A DNA stretch of 64,000 bases from Pirellulales bacterium (lineage in GTDB: Bacteria > Planctomycetota > Planctomycetia > Pirellulales > JAEUIK01): assembly GCA_019745975.1 (NCBI GenBank), contig JAIESQ010000030.1, positions 2,513 through 66,512 on the forward strand, read 5' to 3'. Position 1 is the first letter of the stretch, and every line of letters starts with the position of its first letter. The notes under the pieces are model-generated. The model was not told the origin of the DNA and did not search any database. It worked only from the letters and a program-made list of their open reading frames with translations. Shown here piece by piece: positions 46,156-55,892 of the stretch. A program made the translations under genes and the position numbers.

Positions 46156-47208
46156 TTAGAAGTCGTACCACAACCCCAGGCCGAGCTGTTGCTCGAAGCG
46201 GCTGTAGAACGAGAACTGCCGGCTCTTGCCGTTGTAGAATTCGAAGCCCACGCGGAACAAATGCCCGCCCTGCGTCCCGCGCCAGCTCCAACCGCATTGA
46301 GCGACGAAGTTGCCGCTGAAGTTCAACTGCTGGCGCAAGTAGCCGTTGAGCGCGAGGAATGGGCCTCCTTGCCAGCCGGTCGGCGCGGCGGGCGCGATGT
46401 CAATCCCGAATTGAAACTCCCAGGGTTTGCTGCCGCCGTCGACGTAAAAGCCCCAGGCCGGTTCGAAATAGAGCCGCACATCGGGCACAGGGCGATACGC
46501 CACGCCGAAGACCAGGCAATCGCGACTGAAATTCAGCCGCGGAAAGCCGGGGTGGCGAATCATGAACTCGTCGCCCAGGTGCGAGCTCAGATGGTAATAG
46601 CCGAACTTGTATTCCCACGGCCCTCCGCTGTAAGTGAGCGGCACGCCCGCCCGATAGTCACTCGCGGCAAGGTCACGCTGTTGGCTGGGGATCAGTCGCG
46701 GTGTCGCGGCCCCTTCGAGATCGAGCTGCCAGCCTTTGGGAAAGAACGGGTTCTGGTTGCCGTAGCGCAATATTCCCACGCGACCGCCGAGCGTGATGTC
46801 CCAGATTCCTCCGCTTTGCAAATCGGTGGTCCAAATCGAGGCCAGGCGCGACTCTTTCACGCCCGCCAGATACGCGCGATACACGAGCCCGGCCGGTAGG
46901 ATCTGCCAGGTCCAATCGTCACCCGCGGCGAAGCGCGGATCGTCGCGGGGTTCGAGCGCCGAGAAGCCTCCCCAGCGGCGCGTGGCCGTGTGTTCCCAAG
47001 CGGTGGTTTCTTGCGCGATCCCTTGGCCGATGGATTCACTCGAAGTTATTGGCGCCGACCCAGGAACTGCCGACGGGGCTGCCAGCCTGCCGACGTGCGG
47101 CTCGTCGATCGGTGGCAAGGCCTCGAGTTGCGAGTACGCCAGCGAAGGCCATAACGAAGCCAGGCCGACAGCGAAGGCAAGCAAAAAGACTCTGCCAAGG
47201 TGCGACAT
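46156..47208 (-). CDS. DUF1207-domain outer-membrane-type protein
   Basis: YRAYLAGVKESRL, SDYRAGVP, YHLSSHLGDEF; C-terminal aromatic residue (WYDF); start uncertain. Confidence 0.75.
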   Translation of the reverse strand: MSHLGRVFLLAFAVGLASLWPSLAYSQLEALPPIDEPHVGRLAAPSAVPGSAPITSSESIGQGIAQETTAWEHTATRRWGGFSALEPRDDPRFAAGDDWTWQILPAGLVYRAYLAGVKESRLASIWTTDLQSGGIWDITLGGRVGILRYGNQNPFFPKGWQLDLEGAATPRLIPSQQRDLAASDYRAGVPLTYSGGPWEYKFGYYHLSSHLGDEFMIRHPGFPRLNFSRDCLVFGVAYRPVPDVRLYFEPAWGFYVDGGSKPWEFQFGIDIAPAAPTGWQGGPFLALNGYLRQQLNFSGNFVAQCGWSWRGTQGGHLFRVGFEFYNGKSRQFSFYSRFEQQLGLGLWYDF

Positions 47209-47873
47209 GGCGTGCATCGAGTGGGTCTGCTGGCAGGCGTGGGGACGGGCGGAACTGGGGCGGGTCGCCGTGCGCGTTGTGGTCCGCGGCGCGCGGTTCA
47301 TTCCGAAATATCGGCACGACTGTCACAAGCCTCAGCGCTTAACTCGTAATCCGCCGAGCGGTTGTCGGCCCGTTGTGGTGGACCTTTCCGCCTGGGGAAT
47401 CTCTGCGGTGCGCAAGGCACGCGCTCCGCGTTTTGCCGGCCCGCCGATGGCGACGAGCCGAAGCGCGCGGCTCGTGCCCCCCGCGCTGTCAACAATTGTC
47501 ACGGAAGATGCTGTCATGCTAGCAAGCTCGGCGTGCTAGCATGCGCGACGATAGGCTCGTCGATGATCGCCGCGAAACCATCGCGAAGCGCGTTTCAGCT
47601 CTGCCAGCGCGGGCCGCATCGGCGGCGCGGCGCGCGAGCACAAAGCAATCGAAGTGCGCAACAGACGTCGTCGCGCGCGTTGCGAGACTTCAAGATCAAT
47701 CCACGCGATCGAGTCGCGTTTGGCGTGCAGGGCGCACTCGTCGAGGCAGGCGATGTGCCTGCGCTCGGTGCGGCCGTTTTTCCGCAAGCGCGCCGCCGTA
47801 GCACTTGTCAAGCAGTTCGCGCGAGGAAGCGCCGCAACCAGCGCGCTTGTAACATCGCGCGCAGAAAACGCGC

Positions 47874-47901
47874 TTGACAACTGGCGCGCGCTTCGGAGAA
47901 T
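47874..47901 (+). promoter_or_regulatory. Possible sigma70-type promoter upstream of the folK leader
   Basis: TTGACA-16 bp-GAGAAT. Confidence 0.35.
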
Positions 47902-48074
47902 GTGTCGCTGTGCGTCAGACTTTGTTTCCCTTGCCATTCACTGCCGCCCTGCTGGCGGCGAGATTTTGTTTGCGGGTCAGTCAGCGTTTTGTTGAGCTCC
48001 GATTCCAGGCGGCGATGACCCACCACGGCACTTTGAGCACCTCGTTTGGCTCGGAGTTGTCGTAACTGTGGTTG

Positions 48075-48246
48075 TGGTGGCATCGACGGAGCGGAGTCCA
48101 GTGGACCTCCAGGCATTCAACTGCGCACTGAGCAGGCGCGTGGAGTTGCAATCGTCCATTGCTTTGGGGGGCGGCGACCTGAAGGATCGACTGTCGGCGA
48201 CCTCGGTCGTGGCCAGGATGTCCCCCCCAAGGTTTTGGTGCTACCA
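48075..48246 (+). ncRNA. Candidate structured RNA (unassigned) upstream of folK
   Basis: Closing helix TGGTGGCATC/GGTGCTACCA encloses several hand-identified hairpins; no family recognised. Confidence 0.3.
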
Positions 48247-48267
48247 ATTCGCTGGTAGGTTGGCAGG

Positions 48268-49302
48268 ATGGCCACCTGCCTGATTGGAATGGGTGCAAAC
48301 CTCGGCGATCGCGCCGCGACCTTGGATGCCGCGGTCGATCGCCTCGGCCAGCTAGCGTGTACGCAGCTTCGCCTGCGCAGTCGCTGGTTCGATACTCGCG
48401 CCGTCGGCGGCCCGGAGGGGCAGCCCGGTTTCTTGAACGGCGCCGCCGTCATCGAGACGAAACTTGCGCCCGAGCAAGTCGTGCGGTCGTTGCTCGACAT
48501 CGAAAGCCAGTTCGGCCGACACCGCTCGGGGCGCTGGCAGCCCCGCGAGCTCGATCTCGACTTGTTGCTCTACGACGAGCTGGTAATCAGCCGCCCGGAG
48601 TTGACCGTTCCGCATCCCTGGATGGCGGTGCGCCGCTTTGTGCTCGAGCCGGCAGCCGAGGTTGCACCGAATTTGCTCCACCCGTCGACGGGCTGGTCCG
48701 TGGCGCGGTTGCTCGAAAACCTCAACACGGCACACCAGTATGTGGCGGTTGCCAGCTCCGACAATGCGCTCGCGGATCGGTTCGCAGCCGAGTTGGCCCG
48801 CCGTGCAAATGCCAATCTACTCTGTTTGATGCCCGGTCTGACAGACGCTCAGGCAAGCGGTAGTTCAGCCAGAGAAGTCGCGTTAGAATCAGTCAGACGC
48901 TGGGCTGAACAGCTCGCGCCCGAGCGTTGGCCTCCGGCCGCGGCGCCGCGCGGCGGCACGTGGGTGGTCTCGAATCGATGGATCGGCGAGTCGTTCGTTG
49001 ATGCCCATATGGCGCAGGCCGCGCATGCGCCGGCGCCCCATCGCGGTTTGATGTCAACAGAAGGAATCGCTGCAAGCTGGTCCGAGATCACAAGCCGCGT
49101 GGTGATGCCGAAGTTGATCCTGCGCGTCGAGCGATCGCACAAGTCGGTCAGTGTAGGGCCTACCGTGCCCAGTGCTGATCGCGCCGCTAACTTGGCGGCC
49201 GAGCTCGCGCGACCAGGACATGGCCCGGTGCTGCAACTGTGTGCCGCCGACTGGGATCGCGCGGTCGACGACGGACTGGCGGCGCTAGCGGCGGCAAGCT
49301 AG
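48268..49302 (+). CDS. folK: 2-amino-4-hydroxy-6-hydroxymethyldihydropteridine diphosphokinase with C-terminal extension
   Basis: LIGMGANLGD, FLNGAA, PRELDLDLL, PHPWMAVRRFVLEP. Confidence 0.9.
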   Translation: MATCLIGMGANLGDRAATLDAAVDRLGQLACTQLRLRSRWFDTRAVGGPEGQPGFLNGAAVIETKLAPEQVVRSLLDIESQFGRHRSGRWQPRELDLDLLLYDELVISRPELTVPHPWMAVRRFVLEPAAEVAPNLLHPSTGWSVARLLENLNTAHQYVAVASSDNALADRFAAELARRANANLLCLMPGLTDAQASGSSAREVALESVRRWAEQLAPERWPPAAAPRGGTWVVSNRWIGESFVDAHMAQAAHAPAPHRGLMSTEGIAASWSEITSRVVMPKLILRVERSHKSVSVGPTVPSADRAANLAAELARPGHGPVLQLCAADWDRAVDDGLAALAAAS

Positions 49303-49338
49303 GGTCATCGCCTTAAGCGTAATTTCGGTCCGCAGTAG

Positions 49339-50238
49339 ATGTCCGACGTCCTGTCATCATCGGCCAGACCAGCAGTCGTCACGACGATCTCGGAGCTACG
49401 CGCCGCTGTCGCCGCCGCGCGCCGCCGCGGGGCCACCGTCGGACTAGTCCCCACGATGGGGGCACTGCACGCCGGGCATGCCAGCCTGATCCAGGCCGCG
49501 CACCAGGAGTGCGATTTCACGGTCGTCAGCATCTTTGTGAATCCCACACAATTCGGCCCGCAGGAGGACTTCACCCGCTACCCTCGCACCTTCGATGCCG
49601 ACCGAGCCTTGGTCGCCGAGGTCGGCGCCGACTTGATCTTCGTGCCCGCGGTCGAAGCGATGTATCCCGCGGGCTTCTCTACGTATGTCGAGCCGCCGGC
49701 AGTCGCGGCCACGCTCGAAGGTCAGTCGCGTCCGGGGCACTTCCGCGGCGTGGCGACGGTTGTGCTGAAGCTGCTGAACCAGGTGCGCCCCGATATCGCC
49801 TACTTTGGCCGCAAGGACTTTCAACAATGCGCCGTCGTGCGGCGGATGGTTCGTGACCTCGATTTGGATGTGCGGATCGTCATCTGCCCCACGGTGCGCG
49901 AGGCCGACGGGTTGGCGCTGAGCTCGCGCAATCGCTATCTGTCGGCCGATGCCCGGCGCCAGGCTCTCGTGCTGTCGCGGAGCTTGCGTCTGGCAGCCGA
50001 ACTCGTGGATGCTGGCGAGCGCGACGCCAACACGATCCTCGTGCGGATGCGCGAAGTGATCGCCACGGCGCCGGAAGTGCGGCTTGAATACGTCGCGCTC
50101 GTCGACCCCGACACGCTCGCCGAAGTCAGCGAAGTTTCGCGACCGACGGCCGCGCTGTTGGCGGCACGCGTCGGCGGCACGCGGCTGATCGATAACGAGT
50201 TGCTCGGGAGTTGGTTCGAGGCAGTCTCGACGCCTTAG
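49339..50238 (+). CDS. panC: Pantoate--beta-alanine ligase
   Basis: VPTMGALHAGH, SIFVNPTQF, RPGHFRGV, FGRKDFQQ, GLALSSRN, RLIDN. Confidence 0.96.
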   Translation: MSDVLSSSARPAVVTTISELRAAVAAARRRGATVGLVPTMGALHAGHASLIQAAHQECDFTVVSIFVNPTQFGPQEDFTRYPRTFDADRALVAEVGADLIFVPAVEAMYPAGFSTYVEPPAVAATLEGQSRPGHFRGVATVVLKLLNQVRPDIAYFGRKDFQQCAVVRRMVRDLDLDVRIVICPTVREADGLALSSRNRYLSADARRQALVLSRSLRLAAELVDAGERDANTILVRMREVIATAPEVRLEYVALVDPDTLAEVSEVSRPTAALLAARVGGTRLIDNELLGSWFEAVSTP

Positions 50239-52916
50239 CTCGCGGCATCGCGGCGCGTGCCGAGTAATCGCGAGATACCCAGCCGAACGAGCGCTGTAGG
50301 CGATTGCAAAAGTTGCCGCACACGCTTTCGCTGCGGCACAAAATGTTCGGGCGTACCGAAATCGAAGGTGCCGGGCGCTCGCGGCGCCGGGTCAGGCTCG
50401 TAACGACGAAACCAGGCGTCGCGTGCCCCTTCGATCAGCAAAAGCGAGATCGCGCGCGTCGAATCGCGCGTGGCGAATTGGGCCCAATCGTGCCAGGCAC
50501 GGTCGGCCAGCTCACGGCCGCGCGCCAGCAAACGGCCGCGCGTCGGCTCATCGACGTGTGCGGCCGCCAGGCGCAACACATTTGCTTTGCGCAACTCCTG
50601 AACCGGCCAGGCCTCGGTCGGATACTCGAGCTCGCTCCGGCGATCGAAGTAAGGTCGCTCGTGTTCCAGCATCCAGCGCGCGTAGTGCGCCAGGCTCGCC
50701 TGGGCATAAGCGTAGTGCTCGTCCTGTTCGCCGGCCTCGGCTTTAACATCGAGGTACCGCGCGAGTGCAACGAGAAAGACCGTGTAGCTCCAGCGCTTCT
50801 CGGCGTTCAACAGTTCGAGCGCGTCGATCTCGTCGGCGGGATGCACGACTCGACGAATCAGTCGCTGGGCATATTCGAGATACCGACGCCGGCCGCTGGC
50901 CAGCCAGCCGTCCAGGAGTGTGTTGAGCGAATTGCCGGCGCCGCGCCCCGGCCCGTGGTAGTCGACACTGGCGGTCATCGAAGCCAGTCCGGTCGGGCCG
51001 GAATCGAGCCAACCCAGCATCGTCCGGCGACCATCGTCCATGGCGATCGTCCAATCCGCCAACGATAGCACCGCTTCGCGCGCTTGCGGATCGCCAGTCA
51101 GATACCAATAGTACAAGAGCCCGCTGGTGAAATTGTGTTCCGGTCCGGGACCACCGCCGTACGCAGCGCCGTTCGCGCCGCGGTTCTGCCGCGAGTACGT
51201 GCGATGAGTGGACGTCGCCGCTGTTCGGTAATGATCGGTGAACCAGAACAGACCACCATTGTACGCCGCGCGATCGCGCTCGGTGTGGTACAGATCGATA
51301 TCGATCACGTGCCGCGCAAGCGCATCGCCGAGTTCGAACCACGCCGGGTCGCCACTGGCCAACCAGGCCCGGAGCGATCCCAGCAGCCCGTCGAATTGAT
51401 TGTTGTAGTGCGAGATCGGCAAGCCTGGCCCGGCGTAGTGCTGTGCTTCGTGGTCGGCAAACCAATCGCCGAAGTTGCGCCAACCGTATTCATCGATCAG
51501 CTCGCGCCGCGCGACCAGTCTGCGCGGGCCGTGCACTGCCTCGCGCAACACATCCGCCAGCGGGGGATCAATCTGGTTGGCGGGAAGCAGGAACGCGACG
51601 GCATTGCTCGCGGCATTCCAATCTGGAGAGGTTGCAGCCCGTGCCGGGCGATGCACCCAGTCCAGCGAGTCGAGGAGCTTGTCGTGGTCTTCGGCGCTCG
51701 CGCTCGCGGCAAAGTTCAGCCACACGGCGTGCGTCTTCTGCTCGCCACCTTGCAGTTCGTGGAACCAGCCTTCGAATTGTGGAAACAGCTCGATGTCGAT
51801 CCCCGCGGCGTGGCTCGTCAACCGCTTGGGAAACTGCTGCCAGAATTCGGGCACCGCCACTGCGCAATTCAACACGCGTCCTCGGCGTGCGAGCACCGGC
51901 GTCGCGCGATCGCCGCGGATCTTTCCTTCCGCCTGTCGCACGACATACCCGCGGTATTGCAGCGGCACGCGACCGCTGCGGTCGACATGATTGATCGACT
52001 GCCAGTTTTCACCGCCGCTGGAGACTTGCTCGATTGCCAACAATTCGGAACCGGGGGCATTTTGACTCGGCTGATCCAGGTCCACCCACCAGCTAAGGCG
52101 ATCGTCTCCTGTTGCTCCCTGTTCCGCGTCGCTCGTCGACTGCGCGGCGCCTCGCGCGCCCGGGCGAACCAACAGTTCCAGCGAACGGAACAGCACCGAA
52201 CCAGAGTCGCCGAGGTCCCACAGTCCGCCGCGATGCGCGGCGCGGCGCGGGTTGTGAATTGTCAGCCGCACCCGGACAAGCCCGCTGCCGGCGAAAAAAC
52301 AGAGCCGGCAGACGAACCGCAATTCGGCCGCGCCAGCAAATTCCCCCTCGAGCACGATCGTCGCGCGCAAGGGGCCGGCGGCTTCAATCGCGCTGGCGGT
52401 AATGCGGCCGTCCGCTAGTCGTCGCTGGCGCGAGAGCAGCTTCGCCGAGAGGACCTGTGCGGGGTGTTGATCGGAAACGCCGCTCCCTGTTTGCGATGTG
52501 CGAACTTCGAGCACCTCGGCCAGTGACCGTCGGTCGACGCGAAACCATTTGCTTCCGGTTTCGACAAGTAGCGCTTCGGGCGATTCGGTCACCCGAAGTG
52601 CAGATGTTGGCGTCGAGCGCGCGGTCGGTCGGTCGACAACCTTGACGAGCGTCCACGCCGCTTCAGTCGATTTCGCTTCGAGCGCCAATTCCGGCAGCAG
52701 AAAATCGAGAAGCAACCATTTGATGCTGCCGTCGGACCAGCTCGCTAGCAGCTCGCCTTGCGTTGGCACGCACTCGTCTCGCTGGTCGCGCAATTCCAGA
52801 GCGGCGACGTCGTGCAGCCAGCCGCGCGGCAGTGGAATGCCGGTGGTGACAGGTTGCGGCGCGCGCGGCGCACCCGCTGCCATGCAGATTCGTAGCGCAG
52901 CATCCGACGAGGTCAT
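50235..52916 (-). CDS. Large hypothetical protein, possibly exo-rhamnogalacturonan-lyase (PcRGLX/YetA)-like
   Basis: PVTTGIPLPRG, DGSIKWLLLDF, YGWRNFGD, HVIDIDLYH motifs. Confidence 0.45.
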   Translation of the reverse strand: MTSSDAALRICMAAGAPRAPQPVTTGIPLPRGWLHDVAALELRDQRDECVPTQGELLASWSDGSIKWLLLDFLLPELALEAKSTEAAWTLVKVVDRPTARSTPTSALRVTESPEALLVETGSKWFRVDRRSLAEVLEVRTSQTGSGVSDQHPAQVLSAKLLSRQRRLADGRITASAIEAAGPLRATIVLEGEFAGAAELRFVCRLCFFAGSGLVRVRLTIHNPRRAAHRGGLWDLGDSGSVLFRSLELLVRPGARGAAQSTSDAEQGATGDDRLSWWVDLDQPSQNAPGSELLAIEQVSSGGENWQSINHVDRSGRVPLQYRGYVVRQAEGKIRGDRATPVLARRGRVLNCAVAVPEFWQQFPKRLTSHAAGIDIELFPQFEGWFHELQGGEQKTHAVWLNFAASASAEDHDKLLDSLDWVHRPARAATSPDWNAASNAVAFLLPANQIDPPLADVLREAVHGPRRLVARRELIDEYGWRNFGDWFADHEAQHYAGPGLPISHYNNQFDGLLGSLRAWLASGDPAWFELGDALARHVIDIDLYHTERDRAAYNGGLFWFTDHYRTAATSTHRTYSRQNRGANGAAYGGGPGPEHNFTSGLLYYWYLTGDPQAREAVLSLADWTIAMDDGRRTMLGWLDSGPTGLASMTASVDYHGPGRGAGNSLNTLLDGWLASGRRRYLEYAQRLIRRVVHPADEIDALELLNAEKRWSYTVFLVALARYLDVKAEAGEQDEHYAYAQASLAHYARWMLEHERPYFDRRSELEYPTEAWPVQELRKANVLRLAAAHVDEPTRGRLLARGRELADRAWHDWAQFATRDSTRAISLLLIEGARDAWFRRYEPDPAPRAPGTFDFGTPEHFVPQRKRVRQLLQSPTALVRLGISRLLGTRRDAAS

Positions 52917-53088
52917 CTTCCGCCCCAGGCAGGCGTCTACGAGAAGTTACAAGAGTCGGCCGGAACAACGAATGAAGCCGTCCCCGTTCTGCCGCAGACG
53001 CCGATAGCGCTCTTGAGCCTATTCGACCGTACTTCGCCGGGAGAATCGGGGCAAGCGGCAACGCCGTCTATTCGCTATGGCCGGTACA

Positions 53089-54348
53089 TCAGGGCGACGG
53101 TTCCGGAGACGTTTGAAAGTCGTGACCGCGCCGTCCGGCGATTACGACCATCACCAAGGCCACGAGCATCAGGGCAGCCGCGGCTACAAATGGCCAGGCG
53201 GCGCTGGTTTCCGACGCCGCGAACAGCCGGTTGCCCATCACCGGACCCGCGATCCGCGCCATCGCCTGCGCGCTTTGATTGATGCCGAAGATACCTCCTT
53301 GCTTTCGCGGATCGCTCCGTCGCGACAACAGCGCGTTGAGCGACGCAGGCAGAAAGGCAAACCCGATGACCTCGATCGTCAGCGCCACGAACATCAGCCA
53401 CAGGAGCCGCAGCTCGCTCGACAGCGCCAACAGCACGTAGCCCACGATCGTGATCCCGGCGCCCGAGGCCGCCAGCACAGCGTCTGGCACACGGCCGCCC
53501 AGCCGCCGCACTAAGCCCCCTTGCACGGCGCTCAGCACAATGCCGATGTAGGTATAGAGGAAGTACAGCGAAGTTTGCGAGAGCTCGAAGCCCCCCTTGG
53601 GCTCGGTCACGAACAGCGACAGCGTCGACTCGAAATTCGAAAACGACAACAGCGAAACAAAGCCGGTCAACAGCAGCAAACCGATCGACGGAATCGAAAG
53701 CGCGTCGGACAGCGCCGCGGCATTGAACCAGCCCCCCGTCGCGCGCTGACTTCCGGCGTGCAGCGATTCTGGCAGCATAAAAACAGCCAGCCCGAGCGCC
53801 ACGGCCGAAAGCGCCGCCGCCAGATAGCCCGGATACGGACTGGCCGCTTGATCGGTGCTCCACACGGCGGCCACGCCTAAGAGCGGCCCGAAGGTGAAGC
53901 CCAAACCGAACGCGGCGCCGATCAGCGCCATCCCCTTGGTGCGATTCTCCACGGTCGTCATGTCGGCGATGTAGGCCTGCGCCGTGGGGATTGTCGCACC
54001 ACAGATCCCCGCGCCAATGCGCGCGACAAAGAGCCAAAACAAGCTCTGCGCGAGGGCTGCTTGCCCAAAGGCGGTATAGGAGAACACCGAACCGGCGAGC
54101 CCAACCATTAAGATCGGCCGTCGACCATAGCGGTCGGACAACCGACCCCAAATCGGCGCGAACAAGAACTGCGCCGCCGAGAAACTCGCCAGCAGCAAGC
54201 CCGGCACTTTGCCCGTCGTGTCGTGCGAGAACATCTTGCCGTAGATGGGCAACAGCGGCAGCACCATGCCGAAGCCCAGCAGGTCGATGAAGACGGTCAA
54301 GAAGATGACCAGCAGAGGGCCTTTAGACGGAGCGGTGGGCTGAGACAT
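53089..54348 (-). CDS. MFS transporter (TetA/DHA1-like)
   Basis: DLLGFGMVLPLLP, GRLSDRYGRRP motif A, about 12 TM. Confidence 0.9.
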   Translation of the reverse strand: MSQPTAPSKGPLLVIFLTVFIDLLGFGMVLPLLPIYGKMFSHDTTGKVPGLLLASFSAAQFLFAPIWGRLSDRYGRRPILMVGLAGSVFSYTAFGQAALAQSLFWLFVARIGAGICGATIPTAQAYIADMTTVENRTKGMALIGAAFGLGFTFGPLLGVAAVWSTDQAASPYPGYLAAALSAVALGLAVFMLPESLHAGSQRATGGWFNAAALSDALSIPSIGLLLLTGFVSLLSFSNFESTLSLFVTEPKGGFELSQTSLYFLYTYIGIVLSAVQGGLVRRLGGRVPDAVLAASGAGITIVGYVLLALSSELRLLWLMFVALTIEVIGFAFLPASLNALLSRRSDPRKQGGIFGINQSAQAMARIAGPVMGNRLFAASETSAAWPFVAAAALMLVALVMVVIAGRRGHDFQTSPEPSP

Positions 54349-54531
54349 CGTGAGCCGAGTGCTGGTTGACAAGTCTTAGTCGAGTGCGACGCCCAGCATA
54401 GTCGTTGCCCCGCTGTGCGGCCAGACGAGGGCGCGCCGCCGCCGCACAAGTGTCGCGCTTGGCGAATGAGGAGCTGTCGCTTGCGCTCCCGCCGGCTCGC
54501 CACGCCCGGGCGACTTCCCTAGAATTGCTCC

Positions 54532-55806
54532 ATGGAACTACGTTCGCTTGACGAGCGCGATCGTTTGTCGAGGCTCGCCCGCATCGAGCTGGAGCGCCAT
54601 CAACTCCAACGCCTCGCGGAGTTGCTCGCGGCGATCCTCCCCAACAACGCCTTCTATACCGAAAAGTACGCCGATCTGCCGCTGCCACCGCAGTCGCTGT
54701 CCGACCTGGCGGCGCTGCCCTACACGTTCAAGGAAGAACTGCTCGAGCCACGACAAAATGGCCGGCTCGCCAGCAACCAAACCTGGCCCCTGACGCGCTA
54801 CGTGCGCTATCATCAGACTTCGGGCACGCGCGGCCGGCCGCTGGCGATCGTCGATTCGTTTGACGACTGGAGGTGGTGGCTCGACTGCTGGCAGTTCGTG
54901 CTCGACGCGGCGGGCATCAACGCTGGCGATCGCGTGCTGATGGCCTTTTCATTCGGCCCCTTCGTCGGTTTCTGGAGCGCGCACGATGCGCTTTTGCATC
55001 GTGGCTGCCTGGTGATTCCTGGGGGCGGACTGAACAGTGCGGGCCGCCTGGAACTAGCGCGCCGCACCGGCGCCAGCGTGCTGTGCTGCACGCCGAGTTA
55101 TGCCTTGCACCTGGCCGAAGTCGCCGCCGAACAAAAAACCGACCCGGCCGCGCTGGGCATCCGCAAACTCTTGTTGGCGGGCGAACCCGGTGGCTCCGTC
55201 GCAGGCACGCGCGCCAGAATCGCGGCCCTCTGGCAGGCCGAGGTGTTCGATCATGCCGGCGCCAGTGAAGTCGGCCCATGGGGAATCCCCGATCCGCGCG
55301 GCGGCGGGCTGTTTATCAACGAGGCCGATTTCCTCTGTGAGTTTCTCGCGGTTGAAACCGGTCGCGCGGCCGAAGAAGGCGAGCTGGCTGAACTGGTGCT
55401 CACGACTCTGGGACGCGCCGGCTGCCCGGTGATCCGTTATCGCACGGGCGATCTCGTGCGCCCGAGTTGGCGGTCGGACGCCGCCTGCCGCTTCGTCCAC
55501 TTACCGGGGGGCATTGTCGGCCGTGTCGACGACATGGTGATTGTCCGCGGCGTGAATATCTTCCCGACGGCGATCGAACACATCGTACGGAGCTTTCCCG
55601 AGGTGATCGAATACCGCGCGACGCTGTCGCTGCGTCAGGGGCTCGACGAGCTGTCGATCGAAATCGAGGACCGGCTCGAGGAGCCCGCCCGCGTGGCGGC
55701 CGAGTTGCAATTGCGCTTGGGGCTGCGCGTTGATGTCTGCACGGTGCCGCTGGGGAGCCTGCCGCGCTTTGAAGGCAAGGGGAAGCGGTTTGTCGACTGC
55801 CGGTAA
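54532..55806 (+). CDS. Phenylacetate--CoA ligase (PaaK)-family AMP-binding protein
   Basis: QTSGTRG, TPSYA, AGEPG, DHAGASEVG, RYRTGDLV, GRVDDMVIVRGVNIFP; substrate unknown. Confidence 0.8.
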   Translation: MELRSLDERDRLSRLARIELERHQLQRLAELLAAILPNNAFYTEKYADLPLPPQSLSDLAALPYTFKEELLEPRQNGRLASNQTWPLTRYVRYHQTSGTRGRPLAIVDSFDDWRWWLDCWQFVLDAAGINAGDRVLMAFSFGPFVGFWSAHDALLHRGCLVIPGGGLNSAGRLELARRTGASVLCCTPSYALHLAEVAAEQKTDPAALGIRKLLLAGEPGGSVAGTRARIAALWQAEVFDHAGASEVGPWGIPDPRGGGLFINEADFLCEFLAVETGRAAEEGELAELVLTTLGRAGCPVIRYRTGDLVRPSWRSDAACRFVHLPGGIVGRVDDMVIVRGVNIFPTAIEHIVRSFPEVIEYRATLSLRQGLDELSIEIEDRLEEPARVAAELQLRLGLRVDVCTVPLGSLPRFEGKGKRFVDCR

Positions 55807-55823
55807 CAAATTTGCGGTGTTTC

Positions 55824-55851
55824 TTGACACGGAAACGGAAAGCGATAGTAT
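55824..55851 (+). promoter_or_regulatory. Putative sigma70-type promoter of the methyltransferase
   Basis: TTGACA-16 bp-TAGTAT. Confidence 0.55.
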
Positions 55852-55892
55852 TCAACCTAAATTAGGTTAGCGATTTGGGGTGTGCCTGCGCA

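Noticed and set aside
12559-47529. Shared 13-mer TGCTAGCAAGCTC in two intergenic regions (12559 and 47517)
   Set aside because: Many chance 13-mer matches are expected in 64 kb; no extended similarity
48071-48250. tmRNA, 6S RNA or tRNA identity for the structured region
   Set aside because: GGCATCGACGG resembles the tmRNA 5' end, but there is no T-arm or CCA end; the fold is multi-branched, not the 6S rod
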